The position numbers and the translations under genes were made by a program. A stretch of 64,000 nt of DNA from contig NC_069003.1 in NCBI RefSeq assembly GCF_001194135.2, forward strand, positions 22,348,613-22,412,612, written 5' to 3'. The stretch comes from Octopus bimaculoides (lineage: Eukaryota). A model generated the notes under the pieces. The model had not been told where the DNA came from. It made no database searches and was given only the letters and a program-made list of their open reading frames with translations. Of this stretch, positions 47,933 through 61,720 are shown one piece after another; within the stretch, counting starts at the first letter, position 1; every line of letters starts with the position of its first letter.

Positions 47933-49750
47933 AACTAACTGAGTATTCCACAGGTACATCATATTTTCCGGTACACAAGTCAATGTAGCATTCAATGTAA
48001 ACATTCAAACATTGTCACTATCTTTCCAAATTCTGATGTTTTTCCATATGGAATTGTTAGTCCTTCAAAGTCATTTTGGTGTATAAATCAACCTAACTTT
48101 TTGGGGCTGTAAATTTTGGTCTGAAAAATTCAACTTGTATACCAGAAAATTCTGTAATACTCAGGCAGAATCAGCATACCAAAGTGTGAGACAAGACTGG
48201 ATCTTTGAATTAAATGTACGGCTCTGTTGGCATTATTTCCCTTAAAAGCTTGAGCCAGTGCCATGTTAAAGTAAAATAAATTCAGCCAAGGTATTGTGTA
48301 TTGGGATCAAATGTAGGACATCTTGATTGTAGAGCAAACTGATCAAGCATTTAACCCTGCTTGAATCTATGAATGACTACTGATAATCATATAAATATGC
48401 ATGAATTGGCACTGTCCAGACCTAAGCAAGAACCTGGCAGCCAGTACCATGCTTCACTATATATGTATATGTGTGTATGTACAAACATATTACCTTGAAG
48501 ATAGTATGTTCAATCAAAATTCAAGCTATTTAAAATTTTTTCATCAAGGTAGCTTGCTAGGTGTTCATGGTCCCCTCCTTAGTTCTTTGGACCCTGGAGC
48601 AATGTACTAGCTGAAGTCCACTCTTATATACTCTACACCCACTTACACACCTTCACAGAAATATTACAAAATTTTCAGTTTGGTTATAACAGTTAAAGAA
48701 TTTTATAATTTCCAACTTGAAAGAGATAAAATACAATTTCAATTAATTTCAGTTTGTTAGGATTGAAAATAACAAGACTTTATACAATTCTTCATTGGGT
48801 ATGTCTGTCTCGATAAAGATGTTTTAAAAAATACTTGTTATTAAAAATAAAACGAAAAATACATCCAAGTGGAGCTTCAAGAGAAACTGATTTAGTGAAA
48901 TGGTTAATCCATATTTCTCCGTAAGAAGCATATAGCCAGTTTCTCTGGTGTATATATTCCTCCCTGGATGGGGACATTGGTCTGTCATGCGATTACTCAT
49001 TTTTACATACTGAACGAACTGAAGCAACATGAAATGAAGTGTTTTGCTCAAGAACAACACATCACCCAGTTCGGGAATCAAAACCACTACCTTTCAATCA
49101 AGAATCCCAACACCCATGTACCTCCACACTGATGTGTATGTGGGTCACACCTCTTTAGCAAAATACAGTGTTAAATTCAGTGAATTACAATGTTAAATAT
49201 AATGAACCTGCAGACCTCAGATTATAGAGAAGGACCCATAGTGGAAGTCGATTCAGTGTTGAGTACACAACATCTATCCTATTTTCATTAACTCAAATGA
49301 TATTGAAGAAGACAGAATTGAAGCTAAACAACAAAACAGCATAAGGAAACTTCACATTGTCTCTAGACATATTGAATTGTCAGCTTTCTTTGTCAGCATA
49401 TATTTTAAGGTCTTTAAACATGTTTAAGTCTTATCAGATAGAAGGCACCACAATAAAAATAGGGACAGACACAGTTATATATCACCGACTGGGTAAGTAT
49501 GAAGATTTATTGAAATGGAGCTGATCAGAGAGAGAGTGCTCACTAGCAGTAACAGCAGTACACAACAGTTTTGTAAATATTAGCTGTAAGATCTGTCATA
49601 ACTAAATATTTATTAGCTGTAATGACTGGGTAGACAAATGCTTTACAGGAGGTTTTTAAAGATTTTATTTTATTTTTTGCTTTGATATGAAATAAGTTCT
49701 TTATTTTTATTGTATAAGTGTGATGGTGTGATGTTCATGCTATTGCTTAC

Positions 49751-49824
49751 ATCAGGGAAGGAATTCCAAAACCTGAGCCATGACAATCGTAAACATAAGA
49801 GCATGCTCCTACACAACAGCTCCT
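49751..49824 (-). other. Candidate 74-nt non-coding exon, possibly BACE 5' UTR
   Basis: Acceptor TATTTTTGATTTTGTCAG and donor GAT|GTAAGC bracket non-repetitive-looking sequence; no transcript evidence. Confidence 0.25.
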
Positions 49825-49969
49825 CTGACAAAATCAAAAATATAAGGTCACAGATTGTGTTGTATAGCCAGCTGGAGACAATGTCTCCTGGGGCTAAATT
49901 ACAGCAGCATTAGTCCTAAACCAAGACTGCCATGTTATGTTGGCAAACAATCTTTACTACAAAATCAGA

Positions 49970-50290
49970 GACATTCACTAGGTTTGACTGCTTGACCTAC
50001 CAGAAATAACTCCTAAATCACCCTTAAAAGACACCTTACATACTTAAAAAAAAGGAAGGACACACGATCCAATGAATAGAGTCTCTATATAGTTGCCTGA
50101 TCTAGTAGAAATACAAGTCAAATCTCCCACAAATCACACCCTACTATTTCAAAAACAACACACAAATGTGATCCTAGCTACATCATGTCTAGAAAATAAA
50201 CAAGGTAAATAATCACAGCTATTCCAGCCATCTTTTTGGATCAAAGTTCTGTTTGGTTTAAGGTGACCTAGGGCTGAACAACAACACCAA
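49970..50290 (+). repeat. Old dispersed repeat family F; related copies ~20900-21200, ~21780-21960, ~34050-34260, ~46950-47110, ~57300-57520, ~58510-58870, ~62070-62250
   Basis: Recurring diverged motifs CTAGAAATAGCAGCCAAAT...AAATCACACC...AAAAAGGAAGGACAC...TTTGATCA...GCTAAACAACAAC. Confidence 0.55.
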
Positions 50291-52691
50291 ATCCAACAAA
50301 TACCAAGATAACCTCTTACTGCTGAAGTTGCTTAACCCATTGGACAAACCAATGTCTACAAGGCTTTCCATGCATGACCACCTTGTCTGTTTCTATGTCC
50401 AAGGTTACATTGCCTTATGTCTCTATTAAGGTGGTAAAGTATGATTTGAGAGAAATTTGGCTATTATTTCTTGCTGAGCAAGCGATCACATAGAGATCTC
50501 CCATCACCACCTCCTCTTCAGTGTTGGTTTATGTAAGAACTTTTGTAACACGTACTCCAGCAATAATATCGGATTAATGGTCCAGATATCTATGTATGCA
50601 GAGGCTCTGAGACAAATTTGGTAAAGCAGAACAAGACTATTTTCAGGCCCAGTCGGGGAAGTGTTTGTTCTCTCAATATTTAAAAGAGCTTTAAGAGGCC
50701 CAGTAGACAGTCACCAGCTCTCTCCTTGGCTCTCCCCACTTAAAATAACTTTAATTCAGTAAGATAGATGCAAGTTTGGCTGTGTAGTTAAGAGATTTAC
50801 TTCTCAATCACAGGGCTTTGCGTTCAGTCACACTGTAGCCCCTACTATAACTCTGGGCCAACCTATGCTTTGTGAAGGAATTTCGTAGATGGAAACTGAA
50901 AGAAGCTCTAAATAGTTGTGTGTTTACAAACTGCAGTGAGCCATACTGTAGACTGTGAGGTCATCATATGCAGCTGGACTGCACCTGTGACATTTGTTGG
51001 CATTTTCTGGCAAATTGTCTGCGTCAAAATCCTCTGGAATTAAAACTGGCTCACTTGAAAAAGTAACCGGAAGAGCATCTGATCATAAAACTTTTGTTTC
51101 AAGCACCTCTCCATATAATCATTGCTAACATAGAAAAACAAATGTTAAATAAACAAACAAACAATATTTATGTGAATAGCACATTGCCCAAGAAGCCACA
51201 GTTCGAGAGTCTCTGGATATGTTTATAGGAAGACAACAGTAACAAAGTAGCATAAGTGTCTTGAAACCATATCGTCATCATCATTTAATGTCCACCTTCC
51301 ATGCTGGCATGGGTTGGACAGTTTGACAGGAGTTGGCAAGCCAGATAACAGCACAAGGTTCCATTGTCTGTTTTGACATGGTTTCTACAGTTGGATGCCC
51401 TTCTCAATGCCAACCACTTTACAAAGGGTACTGAGGGCTTTTTATGTGGCACCAGCACCTGCAGGGTTATCAAGTAACTTGCAAAACAAAGACCTCTCAG
51501 CTGAGAGAGGGAGTGGTACTGAGGGAGGTGGCTTTGTGCCAGTTGAGAGATTAGAATATGATAGAGGATAGAGATAAGTGTCTTACTATAGAGGAGATAC
51601 TTGGCTCTTCCAGTCGGAAAAGAAAGGAGCAATAGATTTAGAGACAAAGATAGAGAGACAGTCAGAGTGAAAGAGAAAGAGATGATGTTGGGGATGCATC
51701 AGGACATACACACAAGGTACAGTGGGGGGGGGGAATATTAGTGGTACTGAGGGGATAGAGGGGGTGTTTTATAAGAGTGTGAGGGGAGATGTTGAGAGAT
51801 GGGAAGAAGTGACGGTGAGAGAAGTTGAAGGGGCTAAGGTAGATATGTGAGGGTGTAGAGAATATGCAGGTAAGCATGTGAGGGAGAGTGGAGGGATCTG
51901 CAACAGGTGGTAATCATGGGTGGGAAGAAGGGGGGGTGTTGAGAAGAAAAGTTGTGGGAGAGTTTTGACAGAAGACAAACTGTGTTGGGGGAGGCATGTT
52001 CACAAAGGACATGCCTGTGTGAATGACCACGATTTTACTCAGCTTGACGTGTCTTCTCAAAGCACAGCAAATCGCCAGATGTGGGGCTTAACAACTAAAG
52101 ATCATTGCTCACCACTTCATCCCACATCTTAGGTCTATCTTTTCCACAGGTTCCCCTCCACAATTACAGGTCAGCAATTCTTTATGCAGTTGGCCTCATC
52201 CATTTGCATCACATGTTACTTTGAAAAGGGGATGATGTTGGGAGGAAGGGAAGTAACCTTAAACAGTGTTAAAATAAACAATAAGATTTGCCAGAAATTA
52301 GTGATGATCAGAGGCAGTAATTAATGAGAAATACAGAAACAGCTTGAAATTGGAATAAACTAGTTTGATGTAAAGACAAGGGGAAGTCTAATGTTTCAGG
52401 CAGTGTCTTTTGTTGGAGATGGGTTTGTAAGTTTGCTTCTATATAAGAATACTGGATTCTTTAGACCTGTTTCTCAAAGTAAAGTGAGGAGCTACAAGGA
52501 TTTTTAAAAATGTGGATAGGACAGGCAAATTGCCAAGTTTTTTAAAACTGAGATGGCTTTAAAACTTTAAAAATTTGTCCAACGTCATTGTGGTGAGAGA
52601 AAAAGAATTATATAGAGGTAAATTAGTTTTTTTTTTTTTTTCATTAATAGAAAAGGATTTCACTAATTTTGGGACTAGTATTAGTTTAGAC

Positions 52692-52979
52692 CAGTATTTC
52701 CCAGCCTATGTTCTCTCAGGCCCCACAATAACTTTCCAGAAAAATGTATGCCTCTCAGGTGGTTGAAAAAAAAACAACTTTATTTTTAATATTTTATCAC
52801 AATTATTTAATACAAAAGAATCTACTGGTAACTCTTTTATTATGTACTGGGTACAAAAACACGTTCATTATTGACTAAGGAAAAAAAAACGAATCACATT
52901 AATGAGAACCTTGTGCTTGGTGATTACAGCACCCCACCCCACCACAATTATCCCAGACCCCACCAGTGGGGAATCACTG
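52692..52979. mobile_element. hAT MITE
   Basis: CAGTATTTCCCA...TGGGGAATCACTG, TSD GTTTAGAC/GTCTAGAT (NTCTAGAN-type target). Confidence 0.7.
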
Positions 52980-53810
52980 GTCTAGATGAAACAATTTTTG
53001 TCAACATCTTGTGTACGTGTGTTTCTGTGTATGTGTGAAAATGCGAATGAATGAATGTAAGTGCGTATGTGTTTGTGTGCATGTATGTGTAAATGTGTTT
53101 CTGTGCATGTGTGAATGCGAGAGTAAGTAAATAAATTTAAAAAAAGAAACAAAAAAAAAACACAAAAAGCTCCATAGTCGGTTCAATCTGAGGTTCTGTT
53201 TAAGTCTAAAGAATGGTATAGACATGGCTGAGACAACAAGTAGATCATCTAAATGATTTACATTTAGTTTCAGACCATTTGGTTACGAGTTCAAATTTTG
53301 CTAGGATCAACATTGATTTCAAAGATTCAAAACTTTCAATAATTCGTTTGACTCTTGTTAAACCAATCAATTATATTGATTTCTAAGGGAGCATCTAAGT
53401 GGTCATTCGTCCTGCTGGAAACAGTACTAACGTCTCCCTTGAATCATATCCTTCTGTTTTGAAAAAAGAAGAACACACTGGAAAATGTATTCCTAATTAT
53501 ACTAAAAAAGAAAAAAAGGAGTTGCTCACGGTTGGAATGTCTATNNNNNNNNNNNNNNNNNNNNNNNNNNNNNNNNNNNNNNNNNNNNNNNNNNNNNNNN
53601 NNNNNNNNNNNNNNNNNNNNNNNNNNNNNNNNNNNNNNNNNNNNNNNNNNNNNNNNNNNNNNNNNNNNNNNNNNNNNNNNNNNNNNNNNNNNNNNNNNNN
53701 NNNNNNNNNNNNNNNNNNNNNNNNNNNNNNNNNNNNNNNNNNNNNNNNNNNNNNNNNNNNNNNNNNNNNNNNNNNNNNNNNNNNNNNNNNNNNNNNNNNN
53801 NNNNNNNNNN

Positions 53811-53862
<52 letters not shown>

Positions 53863-53871
53863 TATACATAT

Positions 53872-54033
53872 ATACGAAGGGCTTCTTTCAGTTTTCGACT
53901 ACCAAATCCACTCACAAGGCTTTGGTCGGCCCGACGTTATAGTAGAAGAGACACTTGCCCAAGATGCAATACAGTGGGACTGAACCCCGAACTATGTCGA
54001 ATGGAAGCAACCACACAGCCACACCTGCACCTA
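53872..54033 (-). mobile_element. SINE family B 5' half
   Basis: Reverse-complement homology. Confidence 0.8.
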
Positions 54034-55239
54034 TGTTTAAATTGATCTTCGAAAAACTGGTGTTGGGTTTGAAACCAAATATCCTGTGCTGTCTTTCAAC
54101 TGAGCAACAAAGTCTTGTATAACTGACGGTAGAACAAAATGGGATATAGCAATCATGCTTTATCCCAATGTCAATAGGTGTCATGAATGAAATTAAGTAG
54201 CTTTCAACTGCGAACGAACTCACAAAAGCAGAACAAACGTACCTTACTGACTTATGCCTCACTCCTCCACTCACACCCACTGTTTGTGTAAACACACACA
54301 CATCTGTATGTATATAATTCAAACTCTAGGAGTGACAGAAAACGGAAAACGAGTGTCTGTACTTTACATAGGGTATATACAGGACATACACACTATATAT
54401 ATATATATATNNNNNNNNNNNNNNNNNNNNNNNNNNNNNNNNNNNNNNNNNNNNNNNNNNNNNNNNNNNNNNNNNNNNNNNNNNNNNNNNNNNNNNNNNN
54501 NNNNNNNNNNNNNNNNNNNNNNNNNNNNNNNNNNNNNNNNNNNNNNNNNNNNNNNNNNNNNNNNNNNNNNNNNNNNNNNNNNNNNNNNNNNNNNNNNNNN
54601 NNNNNNNNNNNNNNNNNNNNNNNNNNNNNNNNNNNNNNNNNNNNNNNNNNNNNNNNNNNNNNNNNNNNNNNNNNNNNNNNNNNNNNNNNNNNNNNNNNNN
54701 NNNNNNNNNNNNNNNNNNNNNNNNNNNNNNNNNNNNNNNNNNNNNNNNNNNNNNNNNNNNNNNNNNNNNNNNNNNNNNNNNNNNNNNNNNNNNNNNNNNN
54801 NNNNNNNNNNNNNNNNNNNNNNNNNNNNNNNNNNNNNNNNNNNNNNNNNNNNNNNNNNNNNNNNNNNNNNNNNNNNNNNNNNNNNNNNNNNNNNNNNNNN
54901 NNNNNNNNNNNNNNNNNNNNNNNNNNNNNNNNNNNNNNNNNNNNNNNNNNNNNNNNNNNNNNNNNNNNNNNNNNNNNNNNNNNNNNNNNNNNNNNNNNNN
55001 NNNNNNNNNNNNNNNNNNNNNNNNNNNNNNNNNNNNNNNNNNNNNNNNNNNNNNNNNNNNNNNNNNNNNNNNNNNNNNNNNNNNNNNNNNNNNNNNNNNN
55101 NNNNNNNNNNNNNNNNNNNNNNNNNNNNNNNNNNNNNNNNNNNNNNNNNNNNNNNNNNNNNNNNNNNNNNNNNNNNNNNNNNNNNNNNNNNNNNNNNNNN
55201 NNNNNNNNNNNNNNNNNNNNNNNNNNNNNNNNNNNNNNN

Positions 55240-55294
<55 letters not shown>

Positions 55295-56059
55295 TTCTCT
55301 GGATTTTATAGTATGAAATATTCATCACGGCTGGGATATTTAATACTATAAATTTTGGATAATAAACCCACTCTACTGACAGATATACGAGAGCATCTTC
55401 TCCCTGACTTATGGTATCTTAGACGACTAACGTGTGTATATATATATATATATATATATATTAGCATATCTGAAGATCTACATAAATACTTCAGAAAGTC
55501 TATGTCCAATTATGAGAGTGGACTGCGAGCGTATGTACACACACACACACATATATGTGTGTGTGTGTGTATTAACGAATAATGGAGCTTGTGTGTGTCT
55601 ACGTTATGTAATACTACAACTACTTATAATAATAATAATAAAATGAATTACCAATTAAAAAACAGCAAGACTTGATTTGAGTGTATGTATGTGTGTGGAC
55701 ACATAAACACAACACCACAAGAAACAGCAATTACAAGCAGATGCAAGCGTAAAATAGTTGTTATTCTCCAAACAATTGAATGCTTGATGAGAGAAAACGA
55801 AAGAATAGAAGAAACAAGCAAAAATATCAATATATATATATATATTATCGGATCAGTACAGGAATCAGAAAAATAATTTGACTAGGCACAAAGCCAATTT
55901 CCACAGGGGAAATAGATCTCAGGTTATGGAATCTTCCTCCTGGGTCCTTATTTGACGAACCCGGGCAGAATCAGAGATAAGGGTTCAAACTCTGGGAGAG
56001 AAGTGAGCTCAGAACCAAAAGAAACGACAATACAGAGATAATGTAAAATGGTTAAAGTG

Positions 56060-56450
56060 ATTTAGTTCGGTGCTTGGCCCACCTCGGTTATTAAATAAAT
56101 CGTCGTAAATAGTTTCACTATGACAAGAATGTAAAGTGGTAATTAAATTTTTTAGGTGAAAATATCAAGGATTAAAAGCAACAAGTTTAAGTATAGTGAA
56201 AGTAAAGTTACTAACGCTCCCTACGCAAAGAAAAACAAATGTTGGCAATAAACCCAATCAATATAGGAAACAAAAAAAAAATTTATAAACTTTAGAATGT
56301 TTCTTTGCCTACCTCACCTCGGTGAACGTAGAGCATCGGTCAGTGCTTGCTAAATGTGGAACACGAACTGAACGAGATGAGTAATGCGAGAGTTAACCAC
56401 TCTTGTTAGTTCCGGCTACGAGGGCTTGGTGGCGCTGATGTTTAATTAAT
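56060..56450 (-). promoter_or_regulatory. CpG-enriched segment, candidate BACE promoter/first exon with donor at 56317
   Basis: About 9 CpGs in 56310-56440 against a CpG-poor background; ACCGAG|GTGAGG donor on minus strand; ETS-like CCGGAAC at 56415-56409. Confidence 0.35.
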
Positions 56451-56529
56451 GTAATTCATTCCAGGAAAAGAACCTTTCCAGTCGAGCTGTGGGAGGGACA
56501 ACATTAATGCTTTATATGCCAAATGTAGT

Positions 56530-57140
56530 TCTTTATTGCCCACAGGAGGCTAAACATAGAGGGGACAGGCAAGGGGATTAAGTCGATTACATCGACTCCA
56601 GTAATTAACTGGTACTTATTTAATCGACCCCGAAAGGATGAAAAGCAAAGTCGACCTCGGCGGAATTTGAACTCAGAACATAACAGCAGACGAAATACCG
56701 CTAGACATTTCGCCCGGCGTGCTAACTTTTCTTATTTCTATATTGCCCACAAGGGGCTAAACATAGAGGGGACAAACAAGGACAGACAAACGGATTAAGT
56801 CGATTACATCGACCCAGGGCGTAACTGGTGCTTAATTTATCGACCCCGAAAGGATGAAAGGCAAAGTCGACCTCAGCGGAATTTGAACTCAGAACGTAAA
56901 TACAGACGAAATACCGCTAAGCATTTCGTCCGGCGTGCTAACGTTTCTGCCTACTAGAAATATTTCTAACATAGACACAAGGCTTGAAATTTTTATTGAG
57001 AAGAGAACAGTCTGTTATATCGATCTCAGTACTTGATTAGTACCGTATTTCTCGATCTCGGAAGGATGAAAAGCAAAATTGATCTCGGAGGGATTTGAAC
57101 ATAACATAAAGAATCGGAATAGATACTGCAAGGCATTTTC
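56530..57140 (-). mobile_element. Head-to-tail SINE family C copies (56530-56726, 56730-56950) plus an older copy
   Basis: Direct tandem homology; CpG-rich. Confidence 0.88.
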
Positions 57141-57559
57141 TTTTTCTAACACCCCACTAAGTACCTGAAATATCTAGCAACTGTAAACAAATATATCGCA
57201 CAAGTCTTTTCTGGAGAATCACCCAGTCGCGAACTTTAACAACTGTCAGTAATAGCAATTCCTGTTGTTCTCAAATTAGAGAACAAAAAAATACTTAGTG
57301 AGCCTGTGTTCGATCGACTTGCTTGAAATAGCAACCAAATCTCTTTCAAATTACACCTTACAGTCTTAACAAGACGTGTATTCAGGTTAATGTAGTCCTT
57401 GCTAGACTTATACCTTCCTCTAGATTATTGCTTCAACGTCTTTGATAATACTTTTTTTGTTTTTATTTTGTTTTTGTTTTTTTCGATCAAAGTTGATTTG
57501 AAGATCACACACAGGTTAGAGAGTCACTACGTGCTCACTCACCCAACCTGCTAGAAAAT

Positions 57560-57790
57560 CTCCCATTAATCATTGGCCGCTGGAACTGCTTCCGTCATAA
57601 ATATGTTTGACCAGGACAGACTTAGAGGGAAAACAACAATTAAAGAGTCTCCTAAGTTTTTTTTTTTTTTAATTAAAATATTTTTGGCATTCCATCGATA
57701 TTGGCCTACAGAGTGTCGGTATGAGGAGACGACGTCATTCATCCTCTTTTTCAGCTTAGTTTCGTTATGTATGTCGTGAGGGAAAGTTGT
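57560..57790. promoter_or_regulatory. Candidate promoter elements: two ATTGG (CCAAT) boxes and a CRE-like GACGTCA
   Basis: ATTGG at 57572 and 57700, GACGTCA at 57731, locally raised CpG content. Confidence 0.3.
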
Positions 57791-57921
57791 AGGGGAAGCT
57801 CAAAAATTTGCCCAATATATTTCTATACTTCATCACCAGACTAATGAAATCATTATCATAATCAACACCACCACTAAAGTTACCACCTGTTCATGTAGGC
57901 GCCAATATGACTTCAAAAGAT

Positions 57922-58335
57922 AGGGCAGTGAGCTAGCAGAAATGTTAGCACACCGGGCGAAATGCTTAGCGGTATTTCGTCTGTCTTTATGTTCAGAGTT
58001 CAAATTCCGCCGAGGTCGACTTTGCCTTTCATCCTTTCGGGGCTGATAAATTAAGTACCAGTTGCATAATGAGGTCAATCTAATCGACTGGATCCCTCCC
58101 ACAAAACTTTTGGGCCTTGTGCCTAGAGTAGAAAAGAACTGTTAGCATGCAGGGCAAAATCCTTCATAGCATTTCGTCCTTCTTTACGTCCTGAGTTCAA
58201 TTTCCACTTAGGTTGACAGTGCCCTTCATCCTTTTTAGGATTGATAAAATAAGTACCAGTTTGGGCACTGGGGGTGGTGTAATCAACTTATTCCCTCCCC
58301 GAAATTGCTGGCCTTGTGCCAAAATTTGAAACTAA
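57922..58335 (+). mobile_element. Head-to-tail SINE family C pair
   Basis: Homology to 39342-39573. Confidence 0.85.
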
Positions 58336-61115
58336 TGTGACTTCAAAAGATGTCAATCAGTTGTTTCTGCTTTGCATATGAATAACAAGGGACAAACTGG
58401 TAAAAAATTGCAATAATTTTGTCATATTTAGAGAAAACTACTAGAGAGGCCAAGTTCAATACCTCCAGCCTTTGGTTCACAAATCCCTAATTAAGAACCC
58501 ATGCTCAAAGTGATGATTTGATCAGCTAAAAGTAGTTACCAAACCTCCCTTAAAACACATCTAGTTGCCTTTAAAAAAAAGGACAAATTAGATAATGTAA
58601 TCCTAACAAGACAAGATGGTCACAACTAGATTGGTTTTGATTAGTTTTGCTCAGTTTAGGTTGACCTTGGATTAAACAACAAAAAGAAAAACCCATAAGG
58701 TATTTCTAGCTAACTGTTTGACCTGGGAATGCTCATCAGAGAAAGTAACCTGAGATAAAGTGTGTCTAAATAAAAGATGGGAAGGTCATGGCTGGAGTAC
58801 CTTTTGTTGTAGGTCTACATGACCAGGTCAGACCTAGGGTTAAGAGAAATAACAACAACAAAGTTTATTAACAGTAGCTAAGTCTAATCTAGTTGGACTG
58901 TTGTTAATATATTCAATACATTAAGGCAGTGAGCTGGCAGAATCATCGTGCCAGGCAAAATGCTTAGTGGCATTTTGTTCATCTTTACATTCTAAGTTCA
59001 TCCTTTCAGAGTTGATAAGTACCAGTTGCTTACTGGGGTTGATGTAATTGACTTAATCCCTCCCCTGAACTTGCTGGCCTTGTGCTAAAATTTGAGACCA
59101 ACATATTTAGTACATTGTTGTTGCTATAGAAAGATCATTAAAAATATTGTTACTATTAGTTAATGAATAATATGTAATTATTGAAGCAACCAAGGGAAAC
59201 AGTTCTGGACATGTTTCAGTTTTATAAGACTCCTACAGCAAGCATAGACTTTATTGTACTTGATAAATAAAACCATAGTTCTCAACCATTTTTTAATCTA
59301 TGGACCCCCATAGCCATTTTATGTTTTGAAACTAGTTTTATACATACTTCTTTCAAAATTCCTATTTTGTTTATCATGCACTCACTTGTGTAGGCTGGAT
59401 TTGGACTGTGTAACACTTCAGAAAAAGAAACCTAACTGTTTCTTGTAATAAATACATCTAAAGCAAAATTTTTCCATGGACTTGTGTTTGTATTCAAGAA
59501 TTTTAAAACCATGTCACGAGATTTATTACTGGTAAACACTAAACAGATACACAATTTACATATTGGTTTCAAATTTTGGCACGGGGCCAGAAAGTTCTGG
59601 GCAAGTGGGTAGTTGATAATACCAACCCAAGTGCTCAACCGGTACTTATTTTATTGACCCCGAAAGGATGAAAGGCAAAGTCAACCTCACTGACATTTGA
59701 ACTCAAGTATTTTGCCTGGTGTGCTAAAGATTCTGCCTGCTTGCTCACCTATATGCAGTGTACATGTTAAATCTTAGAGGAATGACAAAACTGCAAATGT
59801 TTGCTCACATCAAATGTTTTACTTTTGGTCTTTCTATGATCTGTCTGCAGGGTATTAAGCCTTAAGAGAGAAACTAAGGATGCTACAATGATAGACAGAG
59901 AGATGAGTGCCTAAAATTGTTTCAATTTTTGTCATTGACAGAACTCAATGCAATGATAGTGAGCAGGGATAAATTGTAAGTGTGTAGTAGGGTCATGTTC
60001 ATAGTGTTTCATATTATGCTAAAAACAGAAGTAAGGATTAAAAGAAAATGGTTTTTACATGTGAATGGAATCACAGTAGAAGACTAAAAAGATCACTTCT
60101 TTATGGGGGAACATCAATTAAATGAAAACTTTAACAGTTTATAGAGGGTTGCATTTGTGTATCAGCCAATATGGGCCATGGCACAGAGGCCCAAATAGGT
60201 CTAAATCTAGCCCTGATTGTACAGATTTTCATCATTTTTACATTTTTCCTGAGCAAATATTAATTTACCTAACATAAACAGAGGACTAATGTCAAATAGA
60301 ATATTGGTTTCAAATTTTGAAAAAAGGCCAGCAATTTTAGAGGAGGGGGTAAGTCGATTACATCAACCCCAGTGTTCAACTGGTACTTATTTCATCAACC
60401 CCGAAATGATGAAAGGCAAAGCTGACCTCGGTAGAATTTGAACTCAGAACATAAAGACAAATGGAATGCCACTGAGCATTTTGCCTGGTATGCTAACAAT
60501 TTTGCCTGCTCATTGCCTTATGTCAGATGGAATATTGATAATCACGTTTTATCTAATGCAAATCTCACCCTGGTAGTTCCTAAGTTTTTGTCAAAGTTCT
60601 CCCGTAACCATCTTTAACTGTAATCCACAACTGCTAGTGTATTTCCTCCATCTCTAAACACATCTGTTATATCAGGTTCTGAATGATTTTAGGGATAAAA
60701 ACATTTGTAACATTTGTTACCAAAGCATCTCAAGAATTCAGGTGCAGGCATGGCTGTGTGGTAAGAAGCTTGCTTCTCAACCATGTGGTCTTGAGTTCAG
60801 TTCCACTGTGCAGCACCTTGGGCAAGTGTCTTCTACTGTAGCTCCAAGCAAACCAAAGCCTTGTGAGTGGGTTTGGTAGATGGAAACTGAAAGAAACTGG
60901 GTTTTGTGGGTGGGTGTATGTATCTGGCAACCAGTTCTCCCACTTTATCCAGACATATCTACAACACCCCACAACACATCTATAATACCTTCATAGCACT
61001 TCATAGTTCTCACACTCACTCCAGACACATCTGCAACACCCCACAATGTTGCTATGACACCATCCTAACAACACTATCTCTCTCATATACAAATATATCG
61101 GCAATATACCGGGTT

Positions 61116-61493
61116 GGTGGAGGCGCAATGACCCAGTGGCTAGGGCAGCGGACTCGCAGTCATAGGATCGCGGTTTTGATTCCCAGACCAGGCGTTGTGA
61201 GTGTTTATTGAGTGAAAACACCTAAAGCTCCACGAGGCTCCGGTAGGGGATGGTGGCGAACCCTGCTGTATTCTTTCACCACAACTTTCTTTCGCTCTTA
61301 CTTTCTGTTGTGCCTGTAATTCAAATGGTCAGCCTTGTCACACTGTGTCATGCTGAATATCCTCGAGAACTATGTTAAGGGTACACGTGTCTGTGGAGTG
61401 CTCAGCCACTTGCACGTTAATTTCACGAGCAGGCTGTTCCATTGATCGGATCAACTGGACGTCATAAGCGACAGAGTGCCAACAACAACAACA
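61116..61493 (+). mobile_element. SINE family A
   Basis: Homology to 4770-5152; directly followed by the Tc1-like MITE. Confidence 0.88.
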
Positions 61494-61496
61494 ATA

Positions 61497-61720
61497 CAGG
61501 GTGGGTTGAAAATCACATACCAAAGTATTAGACTTTTTATTTACATTACATTATCATTATTATTATTATTATTATTATTCATTTTGTTCACCATGTACGA
61601 GTATGTGTGTATTCATCATAATTTTATTTATTTTGTTTGATTTTAGGAAAATTGAAGTATGTCTTTATCAATTCCAGAGCATATTGAACTTATATTGTGT
61701 GTGACTTTTGGCTCATCCTC
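61497..61720. mobile_element. Tc1/mariner-like MITE; partial copies at ~38805-38951 and ~46833-46915
   Basis: TA|CAGGGTGGGTTGAAAATCAC ... GTGACTTTTGGCTCATCCTC|TA; shared internal sequence among the three copies. Confidence 0.7.
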
